64,000 nucleotides of DNA from Octopus vulgaris (GCA_951406725.2 OX597814.1:180110001-180174000), one strand, 5' to 3'; positions 13,417 through 30,041 are shown, counted from the stretch's first letter. Translations and numbers: made by a program. Notes: generated by a model not told the origin, from the letters alone.

Positions 13417-14600
13417 TGATGTTCTCTTTATTATACTCATTTTGGGGATTGGGGGTTATCATGTAATTAATGTAATATTTTATATCTGAGAGAGGTGTTC
13501 ATAGACTACAAATAATAAGAATAAAAATTGCTTGTTTTTTTTTTTTTACCTAGGGGAGTTTCGTCTCAGGAAGGTTTTCTCTTTCGGTTTTTTTTTCTAG
13601 AGTGTTTTGCCCCTGGAAAGGTTTGTCCTACACTCATAGATCCAATGTTCTTAACAAAAGAAGGACATATTAGACAAGGTAGACGTTGATATAAAAAAAA
13701 TAATAGGCAGGATTTTCACGGTTAGAACACTTACCATCAAAAGCCGACTTACTTGATAATGGCTAACCTTCAGCTAAGCAACAAAATCGAGAAAGGCAAT
13801 TATATTACATGGTATGTATCTTAAAATTTGTTTTCCAAATCTACTGAATATCTATTAACACATACACATACATAAAGTATATGCCTGTGTGTGTGTATGT
13901 GTGTGTATGTGTGTGTATGTGTGTGCGCTATACGTATTCATAACTATACACACATTTACACACATGTGTGTATGTATATATGTAAGTTTATATATGTATA
14001 TATATGTATATATATATACTTATATCTACATATATATATATATATATATATTTATATTTACATATGTATGTATATATATATATATATGTACATATATATG
14101 TATGTATGCGTATATATATATATATATATATAATAGTATATGTGGATATATAAATTCTAGTCCTAAAAGTAATTTCCTGTTTATTTTTATTAAGATATAA
14201 AAGAATACAGAGTATTTTATCATGAAAAATAATAGACGAGCCTTTTGCTAAATAGATCTTTAGAAATCGTTTCTGGACTTATAATAATACAACCATGTTA
14301 TTGATGGTTGCCCAAGACATAATGTGAAGGACCTTGTTGAAAGAATAAACACTAGGGAAACTATTTCAATAGGTCAATATGATATGCATATTATAAGGCG
14401 GCGAGCTGGCAGAGTCGTTAGCATGCCGGGTAAAAAGCTTTGCAGCATTTCGTCCGTTCAAAATTCAACTTTGCCTTTCATCCATTCGGGGGTCGGTAAA
14501 ATGAGTAAGAGTTGAATACTAGAAACGATGCAGTCGACGTATCCCTTCCACAAAAATTTCTGGGCTTATGCAAAAATTTGAAATCAATCACGCACATACA

Positions 14601-14716
<116 letters not shown>

Positions 14717-14750
14717 TGTATGTATGTATGTATGTATGTATGTATGTATG

Positions 14751-14809
<59 letters not shown>

Positions 14810-14830
14810 GTATATATATATATATATATA

Positions 14831-15178
14831 TAGCCCCTTTTGTCCCCTCTGTGTTAGCCCCTTGTGGGTAGTAAAGAAATAGGTATTTCGTCTGCCACTG
14901 CGTTCTGAGTTCAAATTCCGCTGAGGTCAACATTGCCTTTCATCCTTTCGGGGTCGGTAAAATAAGTAACAATTGAGTCAATATAATCAACTGAACCCCA
15001 TCCACGAACTTGCTGGTCTTGTGCCAAAATTTGAATTCAATATATATGAAACCTCGATATGGATATGAAGGCCTCTTGTATGCAAGAAAAAGAAAATCGG
15101 TCTGAAGTATATCAGTGCAGTGGTTCCCAAACTTTTTAGAGTCGCGACCCACTATTTATCACACCAGTTTATGACGAC
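14831..15178. repeat. Right arm of the inverted duplication (partner 12361-12707)
   Basis: Reverse complement of 12361-12707. Confidence 0.9.
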
Positions 15179-15299
15179 CCACTTAACTCTACTGAGGTTA
15201 GACAGCTGTTAATCAAAGCTAATGCGTAATTTTATAACTTTTTGCGGCCCACTAAGATTCCGTTTGCGTGGGTCGCGACTCATAGTTTGGGAACCTCTG
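15118..15299. mobile_element. hAT (Charlie-like) MITE, 182 bp
   Basis: TIRs cagtggttcccaaac / gtttgggaacctctg. Perfect 8-bp TSD tatcagtg at 15110-15117 and 15300-15307. Confidence 0.92.
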
Positions 15300-15964
15300 T
15301 ATCAGTGTATATTTATGGTGCTTCATCATAGGTTAAGCCACGATTGTATTTCCTTGGTCAGAAAAACGAGTAACCGACCTCTGATGAGGCAGTAAAAACC
15401 CACTAAAACTAGTTAAAATAAACTCTATTTTCCTGATGAAAGAGATGTATTTTAACCCATACATCTACTTATAACAAAGAGACTAAAAATATAACACAGA
15501 GCATAAAGCTTAGCTTACATCTATATTTATCCAAAATTCAGTGAAGCGTTTTGTATTAAGATACGTGTGTATGTGTATGTAAGTACGTATATATATATAT
15601 ACACACACGTACATTCACATGCATACATATACATATATTGTGCCTGTGCGTGCGTGTACAGAGATAGGGAGGGAAAGTAAGCAAGCTAACAAGTCAAATC
15701 TATTAAACAGTTGCAATAATAAATGTATCTCCGTGATATCTGGTGCAGCGCATGTTTTAGGGTGTCAGTATTTATAGATTGATAAACTAGATAGGAATTT
15801 ATTTCCCCAAGGATACAACACATTTCATTCTCGCTCTACAACTTAACATTTAAGCGAAGTAGACTGATGGATTTTGACGATAACGACAATACCAAACCGA
15901 TCTAAGCTTCATACGCCACACTTCAAAGTCCAGTGGAATGAATATCCGATATTTATCTCTCTTC

Positions 15965-16016
<52 letters not shown>

Positions 16017-16966
16017 GAGTGTGTGTAGTTTTTATTATTGCTCTTTAGCCTCCGCTCAGCTCTCACAGAACCGATCAACGATCAAAGAGTTTTCAGTTAT
16101 AATAATGGAATTTTTTGTATTGCTTATTTTTATGTTTTACCATTTTTATTTTGTTTAGTTATTCCATTTTTTTAACATCCTGTCGCATGGTTACTTATAA
16201 CCAAATGATGTTCCAGTTCTTACTCTCAAATTCCTTTTTTTAGATTACATTATTCAGTATTTCCTTCGTGTACTTTTTAGTACTTTTTCCTTAAAACGAT
16301 AAGGCCTAGACTGGGAGAAATACGTGTTCTATTTCAATCGATGTAGACTACTATAACAATCTTTGTTTATTCAAACTGTAGTTATTACGTATAAGTAAAA
16401 TTAACTATATCCTTTCTCCGTTTCAAACAGTATTCAAGGGAGACAAAGGATATCAATAGATATAGTACAGAATAAATAAATAGATAAAGTACAGAATCCA
16501 AAGATTCTGAGTGGTCTTCGTCGGCAAAAAGTTATGCGTATATTGATTTAAAAGTAAAATTACTGAAGTTGGTATACCGTTGTGAAAACGTTTTGGACAC
16601 ATGTCCTTTGTCGGAAAGAGAGAAAAGGTTAGTTTTTAGTGGGGGGTTTTTTTTCAGAATAGAGAAGATAGGTCGGAATGTTTCATTCATAACGACATGC
16701 CAACTTACTTTTACTTTTATACGAATAAATAAAATTAATGTTTCTATTAATTAAGTTGGTACAGCTGTTTATTCATGTAATATGGACTTGAACTAAAAAA
16801 TACATTACGTAATCTAACGTCTTGTTTGTTAATTCTAATTTCTATTACAAGTTAGGTAATTAACTTAACGCCTATTTTTGATATTTTTGACTAACTGACG
16901 TTTCTACAAATTGACTATCTTTCACATAGTGGAATTACCTCTGGTTACTCTTCCTGCTAGAAACAA

Positions 16967-17183
16967 GGCGGCGATCTGGCAGAAGGGTTAGCACGCCGGG
17001 CGAAATGCTTACTGGTATTTCGTCTGCCGCTACGTTCTGAGTTCAAATTCCCCCGAGGTCGACTTTGCCTTTCATCCTTTCGATGGTGACTAAATAAGTA
17101 CCAGTTACGCACTGGGGTCGACATAATCGATTCAATCTGTTTGCCCCCTCTGTGTATAGCCCCTTGTGGGCAGTAAAGAAATA
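16967..17183 (+). mobile_element. tRNA-derived SINE, family A
   Basis: ggcggcgatctggcagaa...gagttcaaattc...gccccttgtgggcagtaaagaaat. Possible TSD agaaaca. Confidence 0.85.
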
Positions 17184-17480
17184 AGAAACAGCAGGCAAAC
17201 CTGTATATATGCATGCATCTGTATATATATGCTTATATGTACAATTACAGACCCACACATGTACACACATACACATACATACACACACATATAGCATATA
17301 GATGATGCTATACAGCTAGAGATGTATAGCATCATCTATATACTATATGTGTGTGTATGTATGTATGTGTATGTGTGTACATGCGTGGGTCTGTGTGCGA
17401 GTACGCATGTAATTGTACATATAAGCATATATATACAGATGCATGCATATATATATACACACATATTCATGTGTGTCTGT

Positions 17481-17513
<33 letters not shown>

Positions 17514-17516
<3 letters not shown>

Positions 17517-17901
17517 AGGTGCAATGGTTCAATGGTTAGTGCAGCGGACTCGTGGTCGTAGGATCGCGGTTTAGATTCCCAGACCGGGCGTTGTTAATGT
17601 TTATTGAGCGAAAACCCCTAAAGCTCCACACGAGGCTGCGGCAGGGGGGGTGACGGAGAACCCTGCTGTACTCTTTCACCACAACTTTCTCTCACACATT
17701 CTTCCTGTTTCTGTTGTACCTGTATTTCAAAGAGCCAGCCTTGTCACACTCACGTATCACGCTGAATCTCCTCAAGAACTACGTTAAGGGAGTACACATA
17801 TTTGTTGAGTGCTCAGCAACTTGCACGTTAATTTCACGAGCAGGCTGTTCCGTTGATCGGATCAACTGGAAGCCTCATCGTCGTGACCGACGGAGTGCCA
17901 C
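17514..17901 (+). mobile_element. tRNA-derived SINE, family C
   Basis: Head tggaggtgcaatggttcaatggttagtgcagcggactcgtggtcg...gattcccagaccgggcg and core taaagctccac. Confidence 0.85.
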
Positions 17902-17934
17902 GATATACATATATATATATATATACACACACAA

Positions 17935-17982
<48 letters not shown>

Positions 17983-17988
17983 ATATAT

Positions 17989-18170
17989 ATCGTGACGCAT
18001 ATTTGCCATTTGAATATGGCTAACCCATAAGGGTGGATGCTACTGTAGTTTGTAGCCCCAGGAAGATATCTCCTCCAGCTGGCTATAGACACACTATCTG
18101 TGTCCTCTCAGTATGTGTGTATATACACATAACCTTATGGGTTAGCCATATTCAAATATGCGTCACGATG
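17989..18170. repeat. Fold-back element (same family as 57205-57564)
   Basis: atcgtgacgcatattt...gaatatggctaacccataagg pairs with ccttatgggttagccatattcaaatatgcgtcacgat. Confidence 0.75.
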
Positions 18171-18271
18171 TGTTACCGCTACTGTTTATAACTCGCTCTA
18201 GATTTATCATTATATATATATAGTTATATATATATAAAATAATAGTTATCGCCATACTAATATGGCATTCT

Positions 18272-18406
18272 TATAAAAATAAGAAAAGCTGTCCGTTATT
18301 ATATATCGCCTTAAGTTATATGGATACAGTTTGTGTATCAAATAGCTAACTTAAGGCGATGGCCTCATGGAGCTAATAAGCGGACAGCTTTTTTCTTATT
18401 TTTATA
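18272..18406. repeat. Nested inverted repeat (hairpin)
   Basis: Outer arms tataaaaataagaaaagctgtccg / cggacagctttttcttattttata. Inner arms atcgccttaagtta / taacttaaggcgat. Confidence 0.75.
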
Positions 18407-18412
18407 TATTTC

Positions 18413-18479
<67 letters not shown>

Positions 18480-19534
18480 CACATACATATTGAAGCCACA
18501 ATTAAGAACTAAGCTTCTCTCTCTATGCTTAAATTCGTATCCCTAAAATAAATAAAAATGAAAGATCTGAGCAAAACTGGAAAACTGGAACATTAGTCAC
18601 GTTTTTAATCAACAATGTCTGGAAAACATAAAAAGAAAAAGAAACAAAATAGTTGGATAGAGTAAATATTTTTAATGATGCGAATAGAGCAGATTATTTT
18701 CTATTTTTCCTTCTGTCTGTTTGCTAGAGCAATTACACAAGGTTACTGTAAGTGTAAGTAACGTGAGAGGAAAGAGTACAGAATAAGAGAAATTGAAAGC
18801 GAGGAATCTGATAAATATCATTTAGTTTATGATAACAAACAATAAATTACATCTTATTAAATAGGACTAGAATCATTGACGGCTTATCCCACCACCACCA
18901 CCACCACCACTACTCCCGCCGCTACCACTACCACCACCCTTTGTGTGAGATCGGAGTCTGTCTGCCTCTGTGTATGGGTGCGTATTTGTACAATGCTTAG
19001 CCATTTGTATGGGTTTCTTTGATAGATTTCAGCTGACCGGTCCAATGAAATTAAATTGAAAAGTTTCCACAAAATGCTTTTCTTGGTTTTCACCTGATCT
19101 GGAAGCTTATACAGCAATGCAACAAAAACAAAGAATACTGTTTTCTTAATTAAGCAAATGTTTGCAGAGCTTTGATATGGGTGATTGAATAGACGCCAGA
19201 ATGTTCCCTTATATATACATTTTGACCTCTCAGGATGAGGAAAGGTTAAAGTCGAACCCTGCAGGATTTTAACTCAAATTTTGTACAGAAGTAATTATTT
19301 CGAGATTCCAAACCCACAAAGCCGATATGCTCTAAGGTCATTTCTAATGTCTGCTTGTTAATGCCTGTGTGGAAACCGTTCCTGTAGGACTGGACTACGT
19401 TTCTAGGGAAAATGTTTGATAAAAGTAGTTAGCGTGGATTGGGGTTTGTAAGACAAAACAGAAATGAGAAGAGGAAGAAAAGATAGTGACAGACAACTTA
19501 AAAGTTGAGTTAACTAGAAGTTGTTATAAAAACG

Positions 19535-19837
19535 TCAGCCTTTTCAAGCCTAACAAGGCTCATGGGCCCGGTTTCCTGGTTTCTGTGGCGTATGTGTTCC
19601 CCCCAGCTGGACGGGACGCCAGTCCATCGCAGCGTTACTCAAGAAACAGGAAGAGAGAGTAAGAGAAAGTTGTGGCGAAAGAGTTCACCAGGGGCCGCCA
19701 CCACCCCCTGCCGGAGCCTCGTGGAGCTTTTAGGTGTTTTCGCTCAATAAACACACACCACCCTCGGTCTGGGAATCGAAACCACGATCCTCCGACCGCG
19801 AGTCCGCTACCCTAACCACTTGGCCATTGCGCTTCCA
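19535..19837 (-). mobile_element. tRNA-derived SINE, family C
   Basis: Reverse complement of the head tggaagcgcaatggccaagtggttagggtagcggactcgcggtcgg. Confidence 0.85.
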
Positions 19838-20181
19838 CAGAAGTTGTTAGAGTAACAATGAAAAATACAAATGAAGGATTATAGTTTGTTGGTTTGAACT
19901 AATGATTGTAATTAGTAATGGTTGTTGTGTTGGCAAATGAAGGTTTACCAAAGAGTCCGTTGATTATTTTGAATGCGGTCTACGATATTAGTGTACATAG
20001 AAACAGCATCGTTCCATTATGTAAGAAGTGTTTTAATATTGGGTTCATTGAAGTCTTGTTTAGGATCAGCGAATATTTAGAGAAGAAGCGGTTTCTAATC
20101 CTGCAGAAAAGACATAGGCTTGAGATGCAGATTTCACTAAGTCGTAGATATGAGGTGGCTATGAAACTAAATATCCATATA

Positions 20182-20681
20182 CCGTAAATCCTCGAGTATA
20201 GTCCGCCCTTGAGTATAATACGTAGGGGATTTTTAAGGGGCTGTATTTCTGAAAAACCTAAACCTTGTGTATAATACGCACTCCTTCTCTAACTTCAGTC
20301 AAGGAGGTCTATATAACGTCCTTGGTTTGTAAAAATGTATACGGTAACGTCCTTTGTTATTATTGTATACATAACATAATGCAAACGTGCAGCTTTTTTG
20401 TGCATTTTGTTTGCAGAAAATAAAGAAATAATAGTAATAACGTTTAATAAATGTTGCTTACTGCAAGTTATGGATGATTCTTTTATGACTTCATTGTTTT
20501 CAGGCTTAGTTTAAGGTATTTTCGCGCCCGACATCACAAAATGCGTCTGAATAAACATTGCCAGACAGCAAATAGAGACTCGGACATTGCTTAGAAAATA
20601 ATTTCCATTTTTAACTTCGTGTATAATACGCACTAGGGATATTTTGGGGTAAAAATGCGGATTATACTCGAGGATTTACGG
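20182..20681. mobile_element. Tc1/mariner-superfamily (pogo/Tc2-like) MITE, 500 bp
   Basis: TIRs ccgtaaatcctcgagtatagtccgc / gcggattatactcgaggatttacgg, flanked by TA on both sides. Internal repeats of gtataatacgca. Confidence 0.9.
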
Positions 20682-21509
20682 TACACTAAAATTTTATTTG
20701 GCCAATTTACCTCTCTCCTTATTTGATAAAATACATATCGATATATTTCAAAGCCCATGTAGATAACTGAGACAGTCAAAAGTTAAACTAAAATGCATTA
20801 TAGTGTTTGCTCTTTATTACTCGAGATCTATGCTCCTTTTCTTTTTTTAAAGAAATTCTTGGTGAGCACAGCTTGATAGTACTTTAGAGATATCCTTTGA
20901 ATATTTACTGTGCTCCTTCTTAACCTGTGTCTTTGTATCAAATGCCCTCTTTTAGCTAAGTGTTGCTCAAAGCACTTCGTAGACACTTAGTATGTTGAGG
21001 TCGATGTTTCTCAATTTGAAAGCGAACTGGAATCTGTTTTGTCTATTGAATTTTGTACACCATTTCACTTTTATTCCAATATCGATCAACTGCTTAACCC
21101 TGGAAAATCAATGTCTCCCCTTGGTTCTATTTTTCTTCCTCTTCTACTCTGTCGAATTGTAACTGTCTCTCTTTTGCTTTCTTTCTTCTTGAACTTGTGG
21201 AAATAAATATATTAGTCTGTCTTTCTCTCCCTCTTAAACATCCATGCATTTACGTTACACTCTCTCGCTCTCTACTGCTGTCTTTCTCCCTCTCTCTCTC
21301 TCTCTCTCTCTCGCTCTCTGTCTGTCTCTCTCTCTCTCTTTCTCTCTATCTCTCTCTCTTCACTCTTATTCGTTTCCTTGTCTTTTGTCCTTTTCCTCTT
21401 GGTTCGATATTCGTTGTGATATATACACTTAAGTTCGCCGACGTTGACTTCAATCAATTTTATATTTATATGCAAGAATACTCTTATATATTTTCCCCGT
21501 CAGCCTTCT

Positions 21510-21556
<47 letters not shown>

Positions 21557-22094
21557 ATGTGTGCTTCCGCTATTAAACCATTTTTTTTTCAAGTCAGGGA
21601 ACGTTTTACAGCAACGCTATGCTGTTTAATGTTATGCCTTATTCAGTCTTTCTGCTTCTTTTCGCCATACTGTCCCTCATCTGCCACTAACTTCCTTCCT
21701 TATTTTCTTTTTTCTTTCTTCGCATTATCTGTCTCTATCTTTACTTTCCTCTTCTGGTGTCTCTTGTATTTTTCTCCTTTTTGTTTCTCAGTTTTCTCAT
21801 TCCATTACATTTATTTGCTTTTATCCTTATAACTTTTTCAATCAGGACTTATGTATTTTTAAATGTTAAATCTTGCATTATAAGCATTTAAATAAGAACA
21901 TCTCGGTACTTACAAGCACCGTCTTCATCAAAGCGTGTCTGTGGCTGTGTCGGTGAGAAGCTTACTTCCAAACCATGTGGTATTCGGTTCAACTCCACTG
22001 CGCAGCACTTTGAGCAAGGGACTTCTACTATAGCCCTGGGTTTACAAAAAACCTTGTGAGTGGATTTGGCGGGTGGGAGCTGAAACAAACCCGG

Positions 22095-22155
<61 letters not shown>

Positions 22156-22459
22156 ATGCGTGTGCGCCTTGGTATTTATCTGGAGGTCAGAGATATCATC
22201 TAGGTGGCGTTATTGGAGTGAATCCCTTCAGGATGGTTTCCATACACCCGAAAATCCACAGTCTACTGATTTAATAAGCTTTCAGGAGTAATTGTTCGTT
22301 GATGACCACAACTTTGGACAGCATTGGGATTTCTTCTCGGCGACCATCTGATTCGCCTTCGTGGAGTACTCAACACTTTCCCATTCACCAAATTTTGCTT
22401 GAACGAGTATATATACGATTATATATATGGGTAGAAATAGACGTGAGTTAATTATTGTC

Positions 22460-22853
22460 TCTTTTACTTGTTTCAGTCATCTGACTGAGGCCATGTTGGA
22501 GTACCGCCTTTAGTCGAGCAAATCGACCCCAGGACTTATTCTTTGTAAGCCCAGTACTTATTCTATCGGTTTCTTTTGCCGAACCGTTAAGTAACGGACA
22601 TAAACACACCAGCATCGGTTGTCAAGCAATGCTAGGGAGACAAACACAGACACACAAACATACACACGCATATATATATATATATACATATAAACGACGG
22701 GCTTCTTTTCAGTTTCTGCCTACCAAATCCACTCACAAGGCTTTGGTCGGCCCGAGGCTACAGTAGAAGACACTTTCCCAAGGTGCCACGCAGTGGGAAT
22801 GAACCCGGAACCATGTGGTTAGTAAGCAAACTACTTACCACACAGCCACTCCT
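22460..22853 (-). mobile_element. tRNA-derived SINE, family B
   Basis: Near full-length reverse copy of 12976-13416. Confidence 0.9.
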
Positions 22854-22964
22854 ATATATATATTTATATATATATACATATATATAAATATATATATGTG
22901 TGTATATATATATATATACATATATATATGTATGTAAGTATGTATGAATGTATGTATGTATATG

Positions 22965-22996
<32 letters not shown>

Positions 22997-23729
22997 TATG
23001 TATGTATGCATGCATGCATGTATGTATGTATGTATGTATGTATGTATGTATGTATGTATGTATGTATGTATGTATAGGCCTCATTGATCATAAGATTTTG
23101 CGTTGTATGATTTCAATTCCCAGCTATATTTAGTACTGCTATTTGAAAAGTTCTGATTTCAATAAATCCTCGTCCACAGTTTTCTTATTGTCTATTTCGA
23201 TCTTTAGAATAATCTTCCATTCATGTCATGTCACAGTTGTTTGAGAGGTCAAGCTTGTAACTCAACTGACAGGATAATTATTTCAGAGACAATAAGCTGA
23301 TCAATGTTTATTAATCTTAAAAGTTGATGAACTGGTAAAATCAGTAACGCGTAGATCATTCGGCTGTATGTCTCTCTCTAGTCTGAGTTCAATACCTGCA
23401 TAATAGACACTTTCTAGGGGAGATGAAATAAGTATTTGTAAAATACTGGAGTTTATCGAATCAATTGCAGTCCTTCACCAAAGTTTTTTGATCTTTACCT
23501 TTTTTTGAACGACAGATTTAGAAAATAATCTTTTGCAACTAAACGCTTTCAAACTTCGGACACTGGTAGAATGTGTCATATAAACCAGCTTTTACTCTTA
23601 GCGTTTTTGAGAAAAGCTTATATTTAGGAAGTTATTTCACCTTAAAGTTGTCGTATTTCGGTAATTTTAACCAATCAATGACGTGTATTCAGATGAATAA
23701 AATTCCTGCCGCTGTTTGCCTTCTAAAGT

Positions 23730-25130
23730 TTTCGTCGTATTTTCTTCACCTCTTCTACATCTGCAAAACGCTTTCCTTTGAGGACTTTTTTCATTCAAGG
23801 AAACTAAAAATGTCGCAGGGTGCAAGATCGGGAGGTTGGGTAAGCAGGATCATGCCATTTTTGGTCAAAAACAGTCTCAAACTCATGGTGGTGTGCGCAG
23901 GCGTATTGTTATGATGAAGCCACCACTCTCCAATTTGTTACAGGTCGAGGGTTTTCGTCTCACCGCGTCTCGCAAATGCTTCAAAACTGCCAAGTAAAAT
24001 GTTTGGTTAACTGTTTGACCAGGAAGAACAATATCTGTGAGGACAATTCCTTTTGCATCGATGAAACAAATCAGTATCGTCTTAACACTGAACTTCACTT
24101 GATGTGCTTTTTGTGCACGTAGTGATATTGAATGCGCCCATTGACTTGATTGCTACTTCGATTCCGGGTCGTAACCATAGCACCACCTTTCGTCACCAGT
24201 GATGACCTTTGAATAAAGATCTGGATCAACTTCCAACTGTTCTTTCAGCTCACGACACGCAATCAGTCGTGACTACTTTTGATCTACCGTTTTGTTGTTT
24301 GTTGTTTGTTCCTACTCGAGTCATGCCTGGCTCATAAAGGCCGGTTTCCCGGTTTCTTGGCGTATAGGTTCCCCACCTGAGCGGGACGCCGGTCCGTCGC
24401 AGGTGAGCTGCAAGATGCAGGAGAAAAGAGTGAGAGAAAGTTGTGGCGAAAGAGTCAGCAGAAGTTCGCCATTACCTTCTGCCGGAGCCGCGTGGAGCTT
24501 AGGTGTTTCGCTCATAAACACACACATCGCCCGGTCTGAGATTCGAACCCGCGATCCCCCGACTGCGAGTCCGCTGCTCTAACCACTAGGCCATGTATCT
24601 CCACACTTTGATCTTCTGTGAACAAGCGAGGTACAAATTTTACTGCAACTCTTTTCATTCGCAATTCTCCACTCAAAATTCGTTGTCAGGAGCTCCAGGA
24701 CACACCATTCATATTAACAAATTTATCAGTTGGTCGGCGACGGTCCTCCAAGATTGGTTCATGAATTTTCATGATTTTTTTCATTCCTACGGCAGGTCGA
24801 CGGTCACCCTGAATGAGGTTGATCTTCAAGCGACGAGTGACCATTCCTAGAGCGTGAAAACCACTTGTTAACTTGTGTTTTCCTCATGGCAGCGTCCTAA
24901 TAATCTATTTGAAGAGTGACAACTGTTTCGGCCGCCCTTTTCCCCAGCAGAAAAAGGGAATTTCACGGAAGCACGCTGTTCCTTCGTATCAGCCATCGCA
25001 AAAATCGACGAACAGGGGAGAAGCACTGCAAAACAAAGACGCGGCATGTGACTGCGACCGTAGACCATAACACTGGTCGGCAGACTGATGCCTGAGGGTC
25101 TCATCAAGTGGCTTCTTGCGGCGGAAGCTT
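23730..25130 (-). mobile_element. Decayed mariner transposase, interrupted by a SINE
   Basis: Minus strand fragments MADTKEQRASVKF..., VITGDERWCYGYDPESK*QSSQW and KTILICFIDAKGIV...PGQTVNQTFYLAVLKHLRDAVRRK. Contains stops and frameshifts. Confidence 0.88.
24290..24604 (-). mobile_element. tRNA-derived SINE, family C, nested in the mariner
   Basis: Head tggagatacatggcctagtggttagagcagcggactcgcagtcgg with B-box ggttcgaatc. Short direct repeat tttgatct on both sides. Confidence 0.88.
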
Positions 25131-25312
25131 GAACTACTACTACCAAATCTATTCACAAAACTTTGGTCGGCCCGAGGCTATAGTTAAAGATACTTGTCCA
25201 AGGTGCCATGCAGTAGTACTGGACCTGGAACCTGGAACCACGTGGTTGGAGAGCAAGCTTCGTACATTAACATATATCGTCCGACATTCTAATGATTCAA
25301 TTAGTATATTGC

Positions 25313-25375
<63 letters not shown>

Positions 25376-25418
25376 TATAATAATTATAATGATAATGATA
25401 ATAATAATAATTATAATG

Positions 25419-25454
<36 letters not shown>

Positions 25455-25680
25455 TTAGGCATGATAAAAACATATTTAGACAAATACATAACAAAAACAC
25501 CAGGACTTACAAACAAATATAACATACAGAAAATTGCACTGCTAGGCACTGCACACATCCTACGCAGAACACTTTCCATACAATAACCATCAGAGCATCA
25601 CAACAAATCACAGCACATACCTAAGGCACACAGAGCTGCGCTCGGTAGTGAAGTGAAAGCACGCTATAAAAATAAAACTA

Positions 25681-25685
<5 letters not shown>
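25455..25685 (+). mobile_element. R4/Dong-type LINE 3' end within (TAA)n
   Basis: Near-identical to 10303-10535 (LGMIK..KYITKTPGLTN.YNIQKIALLGTAHILRRTLSIQ* plus 3'UTR). Confidence 0.9.
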
Positions 25686-25773
<88 letters not shown>

Positions 25774-25774
<1 letters not shown>

Positions 25775-26295
25775 GCTTCTGATCTTAACTGACTGGAAGT
25801 GTTATCATGTACATTGTTTTGTCTTGGTATAAAAGATGGGCTACAGCAAATATTCTGCTCAATACTACAGATTTGCTTGTCAGTTGTTTGACCTTAACCA
25901 GTTGAGCACGTCCCCTAGTGGCTGACGATATGTGCATCTCTGATCACGAGCAGAAGTAGTGGGGGAGCATCATAGCCATGTGTTGAGAGGGATTCTTTGG
26001 GATTTGAATAATTCACCTCTGGAAACATGGGTGGTTCTTTCAACATCCTTAAACAACCCTTATTCAGGGACCTTTTGAGCGGGATGGGTTACCCAACCTG
26101 AAGAAAATTCTAACTGGGCCCCACCTGCAAGGTCACGTGCTGTTTATTTTGATATGAGATCACCATGTCGCGCACATATGGTTGTGATGCATGTGCCTGG
26201 TGTACCCTTATCAGACGGGTAGTCATGATGGGTATACTGGGCTTCGTATATTTTACCCCAGTGTCACTTTGATGGCATGAACTGCTCTCTCACTC
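25774..26295 (+). mobile_element. TAA-flanked retroelement 3' region (probable LINE 3'UTR)
   Basis: Bounded by (TAA)n on both sides. The last ~100 bp recur at 8851-8951, also followed by (TAA)n. Confidence 0.6.
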
Positions 26296-26521
26296 AATAA
26301 TAATAATAGCTTTGGCACAAAGCCAGATATTGGAGCGATGGGAATGTGGCGTAATATATAGTCGCGACGTAATCGACTCGCAGAACTAGACCCACTTTTG
26401 TTTAATCCACTGTGGAAGTATAAAAGGACAAAAATTACCCCCACCGGGAATTTGAACTCAGAACATAAAAAAGACATAACGATTTATTTTGCAATTCATT
26501 CGGTTTTTAGCACTGAATAAA

Positions 26522-26916
26522 TCTTTATATATAAAAGTCAAGTTGTGTGTCTGTCTCCTACGATTTAGATTCCTAACTACTCCCACATTTTGCGGTGCAG
26601 TTTAACCAAAACCGGGTATCTTAGAGTCGTGATTCATATCAAGCCCTTCTGGGTATTAGCGCGCGTCTACGATGAGTCTACGATTTAAAAAAAATTTACC
26701 ATCATGTTTTCCATTTTAATGCATTTTTTGCTATTATATAAGGGAAGTAACTCTCTAAAAATGTCTACGATGAGTCAACGATTTAAAAAGAAATTTACCA
26801 TCATTTTTTTTCCATTTTTAATGCATTTTTTTGCTATTTTTTGGCTATAACTCTCTAAAAATGTTTATATAGTTGTTTCCCTTACAAACCCGAGCAACGC
26901 CGGGCGATACTGCAAG
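26522..26916 (+). mobile_element. Non-autonomous Helitron-like element
   Basis: A|TC 5' end (tctttatatataaaag), subterminal hairpin cccgagcaacgccggg, 3' CAAG|T. The related copy at 44574 ends in CTAG. Confidence 0.75.
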
Positions 26917-26995
26917 TATCATATAAATATATAACAAAATGATGAACTTCCAGCGTTACATTGATACTCTAAATTTGTCCAAACTGTGTGTGTGC

Positions 26996-27038
<43 letters not shown>

Positions 27039-27310
27039 TTTTTTTTTTTTGGTATTTCCGCGTAATGGATGCTTTTGAATTGTGCTGAAAAGAGAGAGCA
27101 GCTCTCTCTCTCTCTCTAGAAAATGGATTACAGCATCAGTTTAAGGTCAACTTTATTATTGCTATAGTGTGTTATGTGTCGGTAGGAACAGCAAGACAAT
27201 TGATCTCTTGCCAGTAGCTATTTCGGGGAACGTGGAACCAGGGAAAAAAAAAACCGTCCTGTTCCTCTCTCTCTCTCTCTCTACTCATAAAATAACATCA
27301 TAATCATCAC

Positions 27311-27378
<68 letters not shown>

Positions 27379-27499
27379 CCATCATCATCATCTCTCTCTC
27401 TTTTCCTCTCTATTTTCTCTCTCCCCTCCTTCTCCACCCTCCACCTCTTTTCTCTGCTTATATATATATACATATATATATATACATATATATATATAC

Positions 27500-27616
<117 letters not shown>

Positions 27617-27859
27617 CATATATATATATATATATGTATTTGTGTGTGTCGGTGTATGCCTGTGTCTATGTGCACACCTGCGTGTATGTATGCTTATGTG
27701 TCTATATATACATGTATACACACACACACACACACACACACTTTGTAATGTGTGTGTCTTTAGATCTACGAGTGTACTTACAAACGCGCCCATTCGTACA
27801 CATACAGAACAGGCACACGCGGACGTATATAGATGTGACAAGGATGAAGACCAAGTTCG

Positions 27860-29420
<1,561 letters not shown>

Positions 29421-29770
29421 GTTGAGGAAGGAAGGTGAAATGTAAAAGGAAGAGGAGGAGGATGAGAGTCGATGTTATGATGTAAATGGTGACGGTGGTG
29501 GTTCTGTTCTTGCGTGGCTGTTTCTCCAGAAGGTTGTTGTCGATATCAACCAATTACTCCCGGAGGTATTGTTTGATATATATGTGTGAATGTGTGTGTG
29601 TTAGACGACGCTACATAATCATGAATAATGTCTTTCTTTCGCCAAAGTCTGACGACTGTAGCCGACAAAAGTTCATCGACGCTAAGTAGACAGACAGACA
29701 CGTTTACATACGTACATAGAAAGCGACTTTTTCTCTATTGGCAGGAAATCTTGAAATAAAACTGAAAAAT

Positions 29771-30041
<271 letters not shown>

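Noticed and set aside
15378-15412. ctgatgaggcag hammerhead-like start (similar traces near 8175-8215 and 40100-40175)
   Set aside because: The GAAAC half or stem II is missing or too degenerate to call.
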